This document shows positions 24,335-37,112 of a stretch of DNA of 64,000 nt, one piece after another; position 1 is the stretch's first letter; each line of letters starts with the position of its first letter. The translations under genes were made by a program, and so were the position numbers. Source of the DNA: Schmidtea polychroa (Eukaryota); assembly GCA_044892525.1 (NCBI GenBank), contig CM097886.1, forward strand, positions 60,078,001 to 60,142,000, in the 5' to 3' direction. The notes below the pieces were generated by a model. That model did not search any database, was not told the DNA's origin, and saw only the letters and a list, made by a program, of their open reading frames with translations.

Positions 24335-26907
24335 GTTGTTTTAATGTCACAGAGAATGAAAGAATAATAAAAATTATCCCAAACGACAATAAAAATTTGC
24401 AAAAGGAATGTCTATGTCGAAATAAATCACTTGTAATACTACAAAGACGATCGGGAAATGTTAATTTCACTCGGAAATGGGATGAATATAAAAATGGATT
24501 TGGAAGTATGTTAATATATAAAAAATTTTAAATAAAATTTATTTAATTCTTCATTAAAACTAATAATTAAAAATAATTAAATTCAGTAAAAATATACAAA
24601 AATTGGCTTCGATTATTAACCTAAATTTGATGACTTTGATATATTTTTAATGACTTTGTGATGATCTTGGAAGGTTATTCTGGTAAATGTAAGTTAAAGT
24701 CTCAATCTCATTACTATGTACCAAGATTGATTACGCACTTGATCCATAATTTTGCTAGCCAAATTAGATTATTTAAACAAAAAAAAACATTTTCTTTAAG
24801 GAAATGTTAGAAAAAAATTTCTAAATATATTTTTAAGAAAATTTTGAGGAATTTTAAATTTGTGGCATACAACTGTGTGACGGGGCCCTTATCACTCAGG
24901 CCCGCCGACAGCGATTCCGAGCTCCTAGGCAGAGCATTTCATGGGGCCCTAAACAATTGTTAATCGTACAACGCATAAAATAGCAGATGACGTTTTATTT
25001 GACGTAGTGGCCTGTGGCCCGTGGGTGTGTTCTATTGTACACAAATGATACGCATGGTTTCAGTTTCAGTAATCATGGTTAGTAAATATAACAGTTTTGA
25101 TACCAGCATTAAAAAACTCAAAACTTTATATAGATTATTTTTGAATATTGATACCGATGTCGATCTAACTACTTGTTGATGTTCGTTCAATTTATTTTGA
25201 TGGAATTCAGATGCTTGAACTTTAAACTGATTTTAGTTTAGTCAACCTAAGTGTCAGTAATATTATATTTAAATACATCACAAATCGAACCCGGCCCTTG
25301 AGCATTTGCACCACCCCCTCTCGGTGGGCGTGTCCTTACTAAATGCAACTAATAATTGAATACTAAAATTTGCAATTACAAAGAGAGGACAGGCTCTTAT
25401 TTTAATTTCCTATTATCGTTCAATAAAATCTATACACGAAAATAATATAATCTCAAAACTTTACTTTTCACGGTTTCACTTAGGCAAATGTAGAAACGAG
25501 TTTTATCAGTTCAATTTTTCAAGCAATGTCATGTTCACTTGATGAAGTAACTTGTCCAGCAAATCTTTCTTGTATCATAACTGTTAGTGAATATGTCCAA
25601 TCCATTTGAACTTTGAGGGGCCTTGTTCGTCACTAGTCTCAAATATTTGAAGTGTCAAGAGAAATTGCAGAACATTAACAACGTTCAGAACACAATTTGT
25701 TATATATTTTTTAATACAAAGTTAAATATATACTGTGTTTATATACACCTTGAAATTTGTTTTGAAATGACATTGATAACAGTGTTAGGTCACCTAACTT
25801 AGGTGTAATAAAAACAATTATTCAAACAAATGTATTTTCAAAATATTAAATTTAAGAAATTAAAAATTGAAAAAGGCCATTTGGTGAAATTTGGGTAAAT
25901 TATGCAATATTCGATAGATAAAATTGATTTTTAGATAAAATATGTCGATTAAAAATGATATATGGTAAAATTTAGTTATCTTGATGTCGGATCCAACAAA
26001 AGAACGTACATGACTGTATATGATAATATTGTTAACATTTCATTTATATTTGATATCATAAAATTTATTTTTCTATGTAGAATTTTCTGATAGCTTCTGG
26101 ATCGGACTCGAGTTTCTTCACCAATTAACGAAGAGTAACTCCTACAAATTGAACATTCACATAAGAGATTGGGATAATAATACATTCTACGCAAGATATG
26201 ATCAATTCAGAATAAATTCGGAAAATATTGGATATCAGCTATATGTAAAAGGATATAGTGGAAATAGTGGGGATTCTCTAGTTCCTCACAACGGGAAAAA
26301 GTTTTCTACTATAGATGTAGATCATGATGAAGTAGCCATAAAATTTGGTGGGAGCTGTTCAAATAGATTCCGAGGTGGATGGTGGTAAGTATTACTATTT
26401 GTGTAATGCGGCTTTTAAGTTTATTATTTTACTCCTTGTACAAAATGAGTCTTTAGAAAAGTGTAATTTAACAACGATAGTGATAAAAGTCGGCAGTTTT
26501 AGAAATAATTTTTCAAGACGTTTTGTTAATATTTTTTTGCAGTATTTCTTTACCACGAGGAGAATCATTCCATAGTTATAATCCTGTATTACATAGTAGA
26601 AAGAATGGTTTGATTTTAGACCTGTCTGAAACTGTACTTCTCAATTTTATTTTGCCCTCAGAACTTGGTTATATTTTATTTTCAACACCTAGGCTCTCCT
26701 AGCATTTCTCTGTGCATTCTTTATGGCAATTTAATAAAGTAATTTATTTTAAACAGGTATTACTCGTGCTACAAATGCAATCCAACTGGAGTGTTCTATG
26801 AAAAGGGAAAGGTAGCCCCCCAAATGTTTGACGGTATCTCGTGGAAAACATTACGACCTCCCAGTTATTCATTTCAAGAATTTGTGATGAGTCTAACAAG
26901 TCTATAA
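24335..26907 (+). CDS. Fibrinogen-related (FReD/FBG domain) protein, 5' exon not located
   Basis: Exons 24335-24505 (VILQRRSGNVNFTRKWDEYKNGFG), 26081-26384 (FWIGLEFLHQLT, YSGNSGDSL..HNGKKFSTID, FRGGW) and 26757-26907 (WYYSCYKCNPTG...WKTL) splice in frame through GT-AG junctions to a TAA at 26905. Confidence 0.9.
24897..25332. mobile_element. hAT-type MITE in FReD intron
   Basis: Imperfect TIRs CAGGCCCGCCGACAG / CTCTCGGTGGGCGTG. TSD only weakly recognisable. Confidence 0.45.
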
Positions 26908-27663
26908 TAAATAATTTTGTCCGTATTTAAATTGTACAAAGTTGTAATAAATATTATTGTTTATAATATCATGGCCTTTATATTGATTATATTCCATAAT
27001 TTGTCTTGAGTCAATATTTAATTAATTAAATGAATAAAAGCACTGACATCTAAGTTATATAGTTCAATTATTCATATGTATTATGCCATTCTAATGAAGA
27101 GTCCGCAACAGTTTTTGAAACGGTAGGTAATGTTGAAATTGAAATCGTTCGATGATAAACATAAAATAAACCGTTTTTGCGCAGAAATTTCGAGGAGAAA
27201 CACATTTCTGCTATTGATATAATCGCATTTATTATTAGAAATATCTGAAAATACAATGGCAATTTAANNNNNNNNNNNNNNNNNNNNNNNNNNNNNNNNN
27301 NNNNNNNNNNNNNNNNNNNNNNNNNNNNNNNNNNNNNNNNNNNNNNNNNNNNNNNNNNNNNNNNNNNNNNNNNNNNNNNNNNNNNNNNNNNNNNNNNNNN
27401 NNNNNNNNNNNNNNNNNNNNNNNNNNNNNNNNNNNNNNNNNNNNNNNNNNNNNNNNNNNAAAATAATAATAACAATTGTGAGGTGTGATAATTTATTATT
27501 TAAAAATTGATAAAAATAAGTTGATTTTAAGAAAATTGAAATTATAAAATTTTGATTTTATCTACAATATTAAGAATTTTTGAATTTAATTTTAAATATA
27601 ATTTTATATAAAAATTATAAGAACTTTTTTTCACAATTTCACAACTGATTATTTTTTCCATTG

Positions 27664-27828
27664 AATTTATTAAAAAGAGAGCTTGAAGACTATAAATCAG
27701 TAATATATCGACGTGTTTTGATACTCGCGAATTTTCGGCACTGCCTTTTTCAAGTGAAAATTCGCGAGTATCAAAAAACATCGATATATTAATGATTTAT
27801 AGTCTTCAAGCTCTCTTTTTAATAAATT
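27664..27828. repeat. Long palindrome (hairpin element), copy A
   Basis: ~72-bp near-perfect arms (AATTTATTAAAAAGAGAGCTTGAAGAC...GAATTTTC) around a 20-nt centre. Same family at 45972-46189; remnant at ~995-1085. Confidence 0.9.
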
Positions 27829-29375
27829 ATATAAAAATATATGCAGTACGTAGAAATGTATTTTTGAAGTTTACTTTGGTTGCTGCAAATTGCCTATGAT
27901 TTAGGAATTATTTCCACTTATCTGGGTTTCAATAAGATCCTTGATATAATTTGTTTTATAAAAATATTTCTTCGTGATTTCTTTCTGCAAAGAGTTCTTT
28001 GGAGGGGAGGGGTGGATTTATTTGAAAGATTTTGAACGTTTCCTGAGCTTTATGTAAAGCCCTAGATATGAAATCTTAAGATAATTAAGAGTCTGTTTTG
28101 AGTTAATTTGTGTATTTTGCGAGAAAGTTAATATTCTTGAAATTATTATTTTTGTATTCATGTATGAAACAAGAAAATAATCAGCCCCCTTTTACCAATT
28201 TCTATTGAAATTACCTGTTAGCATTCATAATTACAGTAAAAATGATTATTTAACTGACAATAAAAAACATCTTTACCAAAGCTGCAATGGCAAATGCATT
28301 AGGAATTTCCAAACCAGCTACGATTGATGAAGCAATGAATCCGATGACGGTCAAAACAGAATAAATGACATTCTACATAAAATTATTCAAAGAAATAATT
28401 TTATCAAATATTACAATCAGCGCCCACGGGCCGCAGAGATAGTAAATGAGATTGGTCAATTTGGAGAATATCAACAGGCCACCGAATATCGAGGTAAATG
28501 ACACACAAAAATTTATCCAACTTCCCTTCGAATTACCACTAAATTCGACATTCGATGAAATACAAATTAGAATAACAAAATTAATAATTATTTTTATTAA
28601 TTTTAAAATAGTTTCAGGAAGTTTGAATTCATTAATATTTAATTGAATAAGAGGTAAATCATTTTTTTCCTTTTGGCTCATGATGATTAGCTTTAATGCA
28701 CCCTATTCAACTATAAAAACTCTTCAGTTTAAATTTTTTTATATAAAATATTAGTTTTTAAATGGAAACAATCTTTAACACTCTTAATTAGTGAAATATA
28801 ACTATAATTTTAAAGTTTAAATTTTCACTGAATATAAGTTTTGAAATTTTATATATTAAAACGCGAGACATTTTTTAATTTATATGCCATACTTTGTTCA
28901 TGTTTAAATTTAAAAAAATCGGTACATCTACTCTCTTTTTTTATGATTAAAAAAATTATATATATATATATATATAAAAAATAAAATTTAAATTATAAAT
29001 ATTATAATGCCATTTAAATTTAAATTAAATTCAATTAAAATTTTAAAAAGAGAGCAAGGAGATACTGGGAAAGTGCCAAAAATTCAATTTAGGGACATAC
29101 AACTAATTCGAATAAAGATTTTATTCAAAAGGACATTGAAATAAATAATGTATATATCTGCTCCGTTAGTCAATGTTCCAACGAAAGCACGGGACACTTG
29201 ATTTGACGATTGTACGGAGATTGTTGATGATCTTGAATTTTGGCATGTAGACTCCAGTATCGTATGATGTGAAAGTATTTAGATCCTCGTCTGGAATAAC
29301 TTGTTAATTAACTCCTTTTGGCTGAAGACGGATGGGTCAATCCTGTTCTCGTAACGAATTTTACCAGGATAATCG

Positions 29376-30951
29376 TGTTGGTTACTTAAGGGTGTGTCAT
29401 TTTAAATTTTTAAATACGTTAGGGGTAATTATAGGCATTCACTCGACTCTTTCCTAAGCACCTCCATGACTATTGTACTTTAAACCATTTGTGTACCCAT
29501 GGCGACGACCATGTTGGTACTGTACACAAAGGCGAAAAAACAATGAGCAGGTGAGCTCTATTGCTAAAACTACTCCCCATTGTATTTTCTCTTCGGGTTC
29601 TAGACGGCCGATAGAAGGTCTTACGTCATCGATCATTTTCTCTTTCTACTTTTCTATCTCATTCGGCTATGGTCCTCATTTCTAGATGTTTTCTATTGTT
29701 TCCTTTCAAGATTTTGTGTAGGGATGCGCCCTTATTTTTCTATTAATAAAAGTTGCTAGGTATTTTTGATATTTATGAATAGTTAACCTATCTCGCAAAA
29801 AATTTGAGCAGGGATCGGCCCTTATTTTCAAGTTAATCCACACTTCCCATAATATTTAAATTGTTCTTCAAAAAATTTGAGCAGGGATCTGCCTGTATTC
29901 TTAGTCCTAACCTATGTTTGACCAAAGTACTTCCAGCGATGGACCCGTGGAGAAGCCTCCACATTTCGGCCCAAAATCAGCTGCGCGATTGAAAAGCCAG
30001 CATACCCACCAGTCTGAGCATCCCGAAGGTACCCCAAACCATGATATGCTGGATCTCAATTCCACGGTACTATCGTTCATAATCAATAAGTAATATAATT
30101 GAACTCAATAAAACTATTATTTAAAGCTTGAAACTAAATGAAATTAAACCATTAAAAAGGACAACAAAAGAAAATTTAACTGAGACATTAATTGCATATA
30201 AAATTTATTAATTAAAACACTTCGTAAAAATTACAATAAGAATAAAAATAAATTACCAAATCCACGATGGCATAAAATCGAAAACTGATAACTTTACTGT
30301 CTGCAAATTACATTGTGGTGCTGAAAAACAAGTTCTTCAAATGAATTTGTGATCAGTATTTATACTGATTTTGAATGCGCATTTATGCATGTGCTGTCAC
30401 TCTATCCAATCAGAGTGCGAGAAATTTTGACTTAATTTTGCATACATGCATGAGTGTATGCAATTATTTATTTGTCTTTAATTTCATTAATTTAATTAAT
30501 TAATTATTTAATTTTTATTAATTTTAATTTTATAAATTTTATAATTTAAATAATTTGAGTTATATTAATTTTTATTAATTTAAACATTTTTATCTTTAAA
30601 TTTAATAAGTTACATAACCATTTAATTCTATAAATTTTACAATTTACATAATGCTAACTAATTTTATTATTTTGACGATTTAATTTTTATATTATTTAAA
30701 TAATTTTCAACTAATTCTATTTACCTTTTATTATTTTTCTATCGAAATTTTTAAGTGTTGAATTTTTCTGTTAAATTTATTTATCTCTTTATTCTATTAT
30801 ACGGGGTTTACTGACTCTTAATGTGTGATGAAATTTATTTTATTTATTTTATATTAAACCTTGGTCATAAATTTTTTCAACTTTGCGGTTTTTGTGTTAG
30901 GTATTTTCGATTGATTAAAACAAACTCTCAGTTCTCGGTTTCGGCCCAACA
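29376..30951. mobile_element. Solo-LTR-like element, copy B (1576 bp)
   Basis: TGTTGG...CCAACA termini with a perfect 4-bp TSD ATCG (29372-29375 and 30952-30955). Homologous to 1546-3496. Confidence 0.85.
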
Positions 30952-31261
30952 ATCGCTAGAATTAAAAATTAGTGTTCCAAGGTAAATTTCTTGGGTCGAA
31001 TAAATGGTGTTGATGATCAAGACCATCATCAGAGAGGCCATAGCTAAGAAAACGAAGGCTTCAGTTTCTTGAATGTCAGGCATATTTTCTTTATTGGTTC
31101 TGATGAGATTAAAGCTTGGGAAGTTGAATGATTCATTAATTGTTTTTTTAATTGATTTTGATTTTTGGAAAACAAGTGAAGATTATTTAAAAATTTAATT
31201 TTAATTTGATTTAGTTACAATTAATTTAATAATATATTTTAAGTTCAATTATTAAATTGAT

Positions 31262-31677
31262 AAAAGTGGGAGTCGGAGGCATTACACTCAATACTGTAAA
31301 GTTCTGAATGTAAAACCACTGGAATAAAGTACCCCGTAAACACTAATAGTAACATTTTCTCAATTACAGAATCCCTGGTAGTGGAATTTATGCTTAATTC
31401 AAAAACTCCAAGTACAATAAGATTTCGTCTAGCAGAAGTAGTGTATGAGAAAAAATACCAAAAGAATGGCAATCAAATGACAGTCAAGATTCGAATACAG
31501 AAAAAATGTACCGAACAGATAAGTACAAAAAGAGAAAGAATTAAGATACAAATAGTAAAGAATGAAAGAAAAATATCCTATAATAATAAGTCTCGAAATA
31601 ATCGAGAACTTCATGTCGGTTATATGGTGTGGATTAAAAAGGATATGGCAGGAAAGCATGACTCTCAAAATGGTTAA
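31262..31677 (+). pseudogene. Decayed retroviral-type integrase C-terminal fragment
   Basis: MLNSKTPSTIRFRLAEVVY and YNNKSRNNRELHVGYMVWIKK resemble the STTGxSPAE and L.VGD.V.. segments of Gypsy/Ginger integrases. Confidence 0.45.
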
Positions 31678-31866
31678 TAAATCATTTGGAAATATTGTTA
31701 ATATTTATTGTAATAGTTTTATCATAATTAATTGAAAGTAGAATTTAAAGATTTTTAATAAAATATTTCAATTTGTAAGTAATATATCAATCTTGACAAC
31801 AATTAATATTCAATATATATTTAAAAGTAAATTCAAATTTTAATTTTAACTTTTTTGTTGCATTCA

Positions 31867-32172
31867 ATGTCGTGCAGTGACAAACCTTATTGTATCTCCA
31901 ATGGACCTCGATTCCCCAATCCTGAAATAGATCCAACTCTAGGAATAGTTGACAATCCGTTTGCAACGAGGGACTTCAACATTTACACTTGTTTAGATAA
32001 ATATAACAACGAAGGTATTAATCAAGGATTCATATGTAATTATTGCAGTGACAATTACAATTTTGGGTCTGAAAGAGGCTATAAAATGAGATGTCGACAA
32101 TGTGGGCGAATTACTTATTCTGATATAGAAGCAAGAGTTTCTGACGCAGATCGTTTTAAATTAAGTGAATAA
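31867..32172 (+). CDS. Small intronless Cys-rich hypothetical protein (101 aa), CxxC-x16-CxxC
   Basis: ATG at 31867, open to TAA at 32172. Contains CNYC...CRQC, is more GC-rich than its flanks, and has AATAAA about 30 nt downstream. Confidence 0.5.
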   Translation: MSCSDKPYCISNGPRFPNPEIDPTLGIVDNPFATRDFNIYTCLDKYNNEGINQGFICNYCSDNYNFGSERGYKMRCRQCGRITYSDIEARVSDADRFKLSE

Positions 32173-32559
32173 TATTCTTATTTAATTTAACTTATTTTAT
32201 TTTTAATAAATAATTTATTCTTTATTATTGAAATGAAAATTTTTGTGTAGTTGAATAAATTGAGCAATGCGCTTAATATGCGTAATGCTTATATATTAGT
32301 TGTTCTTCAGTATCTTTTTTAATACGGTAGAGAAAATTTCAAACTTATTAGTTACTGGACAACAAATCCGTTCTTCAAAATGGGTAATGTTTATAAAGAC
32401 AATAAAACCTTCATATAACGGACTAATTTGGTAGGTGTGTTCGTTAAAACTGAAAATTCGTTATATAAAAATAGGTTTAAAATAAATGAAAAACCGTTTT
32501 TTTTAAATATGTACATTGTACACTGTATTTAGATATAAATAAAAAATATAAAATTTAAT

Positions 32560-33900
32560 TTAATTGTCTTTGGTCACTCGTCCTCAAGGTCGTAACAAGG
32601 CATTATCGCGCCCTGTGCGGTTCATATATCTGGCGCCCCCAACACGTGAATTCAAAACAGTCTACTATAATCATTATAATGTTCATGTTAAGATTGTTGA
32701 CTATGTATTCATCTCCAGCTATTATATAATAGGTAGTAATGCTATTAAAATTCTGTTGCTAATTGAAAAAATGACAGGAACCCATTTTGTGGACTAACAT
32801 TTTATAAAATACACATCTTCGAAGGCACACTAATGGACCAGTCCAACCATAGGCTAGTCCAAAGATAGGCTAGCTAGGATGTCGTTTTTTTCGTTCTTGT
32901 CATTTATTATTTTTTATTTATATTTTTTCATTTTTTGGTGACATTAAAAAATTGGTACATCCTAATTTTGAACTGCTTTCAGGTGTGCGCCCTGTGCAAC
33001 TGCACCGCTCGCACCATCCTTGTTACGGCCCTGCTCGTCCTGAAGTGACGTTGCTGTTTGATATGAGCACGCTTGCTTTCGGTAATCCTGCTTTGAAAAA
33101 GGAATCAAGTTTTGTTTGCACTTTTGAAGTTTGCTGTTTTTTATAATCAGCTCCCAAAAATTACGAAAATGTGTATAATAATAATATAGTTTAACTTCAT
33201 TATCTGACGAATGGTCAAAAAATGTTATTAGATTGTCTAGATCGGATCTTACTACTGATAACTGGCAGTGTTGTTTCTTCTTTGCTATCTTCACTTTCAT
33301 CCTTAATTTTAGGTTCATAACTTCATATGCTATTTAAATTTCAGTCATGATATATTACTCTTGGTCATATTCATCTACTTCTAGCCATTGGAAAACATCT
33401 TCCTCAGCTATTTTTTATACTTCATTATTATGTATTGTCCTACAGAAGTCAGTAACTTCTAATCATTCTAAATCTATTTCTGTATCTTGGCCATCAAACA
33501 AATTCTTCCAACAAATTTGTAATGTTTGCTCTTTCACCTCATTCTATGGTGCAGCAAAATTAAAAATTGTTGATTTTAAATTGTAACACTAAGTTTCGTA
33601 AGATACGCTGTCCTCTTGTATCTTCTGCATTATCTTCACTCTGAAATACAACCATTACTTCATCTAAAACCTTTCTGTAATAATTTCGTTTGGATGCCAA
33701 AATTATTCCCTGATCCATGGGTTGAAAAAGCGATGTTGTATTTTTTAGCAAAAACATACAACTAAAGTTCCCATATTCTGAATGTAGGATATTTTCATGG
33801 GGATGAGAAGGAACTTTGTCTAAAATCAATAAACATTTCACCTCTTACTGCAGTATTCCCAGTTTCTTCTCTTGAAATTTTCTCACTATATGTACAAATT
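32560..33900 (-). pseudogene. pogo/Tigger transposase relic
   Basis: KCLLILDKVPSHP..NTTSLFQPMDQGIILASKRNYYRK (DDE core) and NEVKEQTLQICWKNL. Truncated at ~33900 by the satellite block and interrupted by a hAT MITE. Confidence 0.8.
32585..33033. mobile_element. hAT-type MITE
   Basis: TIRs CAAGGTCGTAACAAGG / CCTTGTTACGGCCCTG with a perfect 8-bp TSD CTCGTCCT (32577-32584 and 33034-33041). Confidence 0.9.
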
Positions 33901-34020
33901 CTTTAAAAAACCAATTTATGAGAATATCTGAGTAGGTAGATAGTAGCGCACTGCAGCAATGACCCCCGGGGGGGGGGTTCTGCTGCAACTTTTTTTTTGC
34001 TGCAACTTTTGATTACGCAA

Positions 34021-35270
34021 TTTTTCAGACTATAGTGAGGGGGTCTCGATGGTCCTGGGATTTTCAATACAAAAAAAATTTTTCTATACAAAAACGATGG
34101 TCCTGGGATTTTCAATACAAAAAATTTTTTTCAATACAAAAATCCGACTATCAATAAAAAAGCCAAGGAATTTTCAGACTATAGTGAGGGGGTCTCGATG
34201 GTCCTGGGATTTTCAATACAAAAAAAATTTTTCTATACAAAAATCCGACTACCACTAAAAAAGCATGGATTATTCACACTATAGTAAGGGGGTCTCGATG
34301 GTCCTGGGATTTTCAATACAAAAATCCGACTACCAATAAAAAAGCCAAGGATTTTTCAGACTATAGTGAGGTGAGTCTCCTTGGTCCTGAGAAATAGGTG
34401 GTCTACACTAAAAAAGCATGGTAATTTAAGGTCTCGGGATATTTTCAATACAAATAGGTGGTCTACACTAAAAAAGCCAAGGATTTTTCAGACTATAGTG
34501 AGGTGAGTCTCCTTGGTCCTGAGAAATAGGTGGTCTACAGTAAAAAACGTGGTAAATTTTTCAATTAAAGTAAATAATGGTTCTAAAAATTAAATTACAG
34601 TAAATAATGGATAAAACGATGGTCCTGGGATTTTCAATACAAAAAATTTTTTTCAATACAAAAAGCTGGTCTACACTAAAAAAGCCAAGGATTTTTCAGA
34701 CTATAGTGAGGTGAGTCTCCTTGGTCCTGAGAAATAGGTGGTCTACACTAAAAAAAACGTGGTAATTTAAGGTCTCAGGATATTTTCAATACAAAAAGCT
34801 GGTCTAAACTAAAAAAGCATGGTAATTTAAGGTCTCAGGATATTTTCAATACAAAAAGCTGGTCTACACTAAAAAAGCCAAGGATTTTTCAGACTATAGT
34901 GAGGTGAGTCTCCTTGGTCCTGAGAAATAGGTGGTCTACACTAAAAAACGTTGTAAATTTTTCAATTAAAGTAAATAATGGTTCTAAAAAATTAAATTAT
35001 AGTAAATTATGGCTCAAATTTTTAAATTACAGTAAATTATGGTCCTAAAAATTAAATTAAAGTAAATAATGGTTCTAAAAATTGAATTAAAGTAAATTAT
35101 GGTTCTAAAAATTAAATTAAAGTAAATTATGGTCCAAATTTTAAAATTAAGTAATCAATGGTAAAAAATTTTAAATAAGTAAATTAAAGTAATAATTTTT
35201 AAATTAAGTAATCAATGGTAAAAAATTTTAAATAAGTAAATTAAAGTAAGATTTTAAAAATTTAATTACA
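34021..35270. repeat. Modular minisatellite grading into a ~30-bp AT-rich tandem repeat
   Basis: CAGACTATAGTGAGG recurs about 7 times with shuffled modules (GGTCCTGGGATTTTCAATAC, GGTCTACACTAAAAAAGC). TAAAGTAAATTATGGTTCTAAAAATTAAAT units take over from ~34960. Confidence 0.9.
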
Positions 35271-35499
35271 AAAAGTTGAAGGTGTTTGAGAATTGAAATT
35301 TTTTAATGAAAATTTTTATGAAATATTTTTCAATGGTAATTTTTTATGGAAATTTTTATGAAATATTTTTCAATGGTAATTTTTAATGAAAATTTTTATG
35401 AAATATTTTTCAATGATAATTTTAGATGGAAATTTTTAAGATAACTTTTAATGAAAATTTTTATGAAATATTTTTCAAAGACAAATTTTAATAATAATT

Positions 35500-36725
35500 C
35501 AACAACAAACCAACAACTTAGTACCAACAACCAGTAACTTACGAACATGTAGTTACAACCAGATACCTACAACTAGTTACTAACAACTAGTTACCTGCTA
35601 CCAAGTACTTCCAACTAGATACCACGTACTAACTAACTCTCAAACAACCAGATACTTACAACCAATTACCACCTACCCATTAACTAGCTACAACCAGCTA
35701 ACTAGGTACCTGATACCAAGTACTAACAACCAGTTACCAACTACTAAGCACCTACAACCACCTACAAAGTACATATAACCAACCAACTAGGTACTAGATA
35801 CCAAGTACTTGCAACCAACATCAACCAGGTACTAAGCATTAATTACCAACTACTAAGTACCTACAACCACCTACCCATTAACTAGCTACAACCAGTTAAC
35901 AGCAACCAACCAACTACCAAGTACTAACAACCAAAAACAAGCAACCAACTAGGTACCAAGCATCATCAACTAGATACCAAGTACCTTCAACCAACTAGCT
36001 ACCACCTACCCATTAACTAGCTACAACCAGCTAACTAGGTACCTGATACCAAGTACTAACAACCAGTTACCAACTACTAAGCATTAATTACCTACAACTA
36101 GTTACTAAAAACAAGTTACCTGATAGCAAGTACTTACAACTAGATACCACGCACTAACTAACTCTCAAACAACCAGATACTTACAACCAGTTACCAACTA
36201 CTAACTACCTACAACCACCTACCAATTAACTAGCTACAACCAGCTTACTAGGTACTAGATACCAAGTACTAACAACCAGTTACCTGCTACTAAGTACCTA
36301 CAACCACCTACTAAGTACCAACAACCGACAACAACCAAGTACTAAGCATTAATTACCACCTACCAAGTACTAACAACTAACTACCACCTACCAAGTACCT
36401 ACAACCAACTACCAAGTACCAAGTACTAACAACTAGGTACCAGATACCAAGTACTAACAACCACCAACAACCAGATACCTACAACTAGTTACTAACAACC
36501 AGTTACCTGCTACTAAGTACCTACAACCAACTAGCTACCACCTACCAAGTACCAACAACCACCTACCCATTAACTAGCTACTAAGTACTAACAACTAACT
36601 ACCACCTACCAAGTACATACAACCAACATCAACCAGGTACTAAGTATTATCAACCAAGTACTAACAACCAAGTAACTTACCTAGTACTAAGCACTGTCAA
36701 CTAGATACCAAACACTTACAACCAG
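35500..36725. repeat. A/C-rich degenerate minisatellite
   Basis: Shuffled ACAACCAG, CAAGTACT, AACTAG and TACCACCTAC motifs with a G-poor + strand. The same motifs recur at 37150-37245 and 37680-38010. Confidence 0.9.
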
Positions 36726-37039
36726 ATGACCACATGAAATTATTGGTTAAATATGAAAATAAGGATTATATTTAGTTGTTAAGTAAATTATGGTGTAAAA
36801 TTAAGAAATAAAGAATAATTAGGTAAATTAAGGATAAGTAAATTAAAGTTAAAAATTTTAAATTAAAGAAAACAATGGTTCAAAATTTAAAATTAAGTAT
36901 CCAATGGTTCAAATTTTAAATTAAAGCTAAATAAGTAAATTAAAGTAAGATTTTTAAATTTATTATCAAAAGATTGAATAACCACCAACTTTTTTGAGAA
37001 ATGTAATTTATAATGAAAATTTAAATGGAAATTTAAATG

Positions 37040-37040
<1 letters not shown>

Positions 37041-37092
<52 letters not shown>

Positions 37093-37112
37093 TTAATAAT
37101 AATAATAATAAA
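37041..37112. repeat. (AAT)n microsatellite
   Basis: Directly visible. Confidence 0.95.

Noticed and set aside
28260-28650. Possible gag remnant (KPATIDEAM)
   Set aside because: Single short motif with stops around it; too weak to call.
34021-34960. Repeat array superficially like CRISPR
   Set aside because: The intervening sequences are themselves shuffled repeats rather than unique spacers, no cas genes are present, and the context is eukaryotic.
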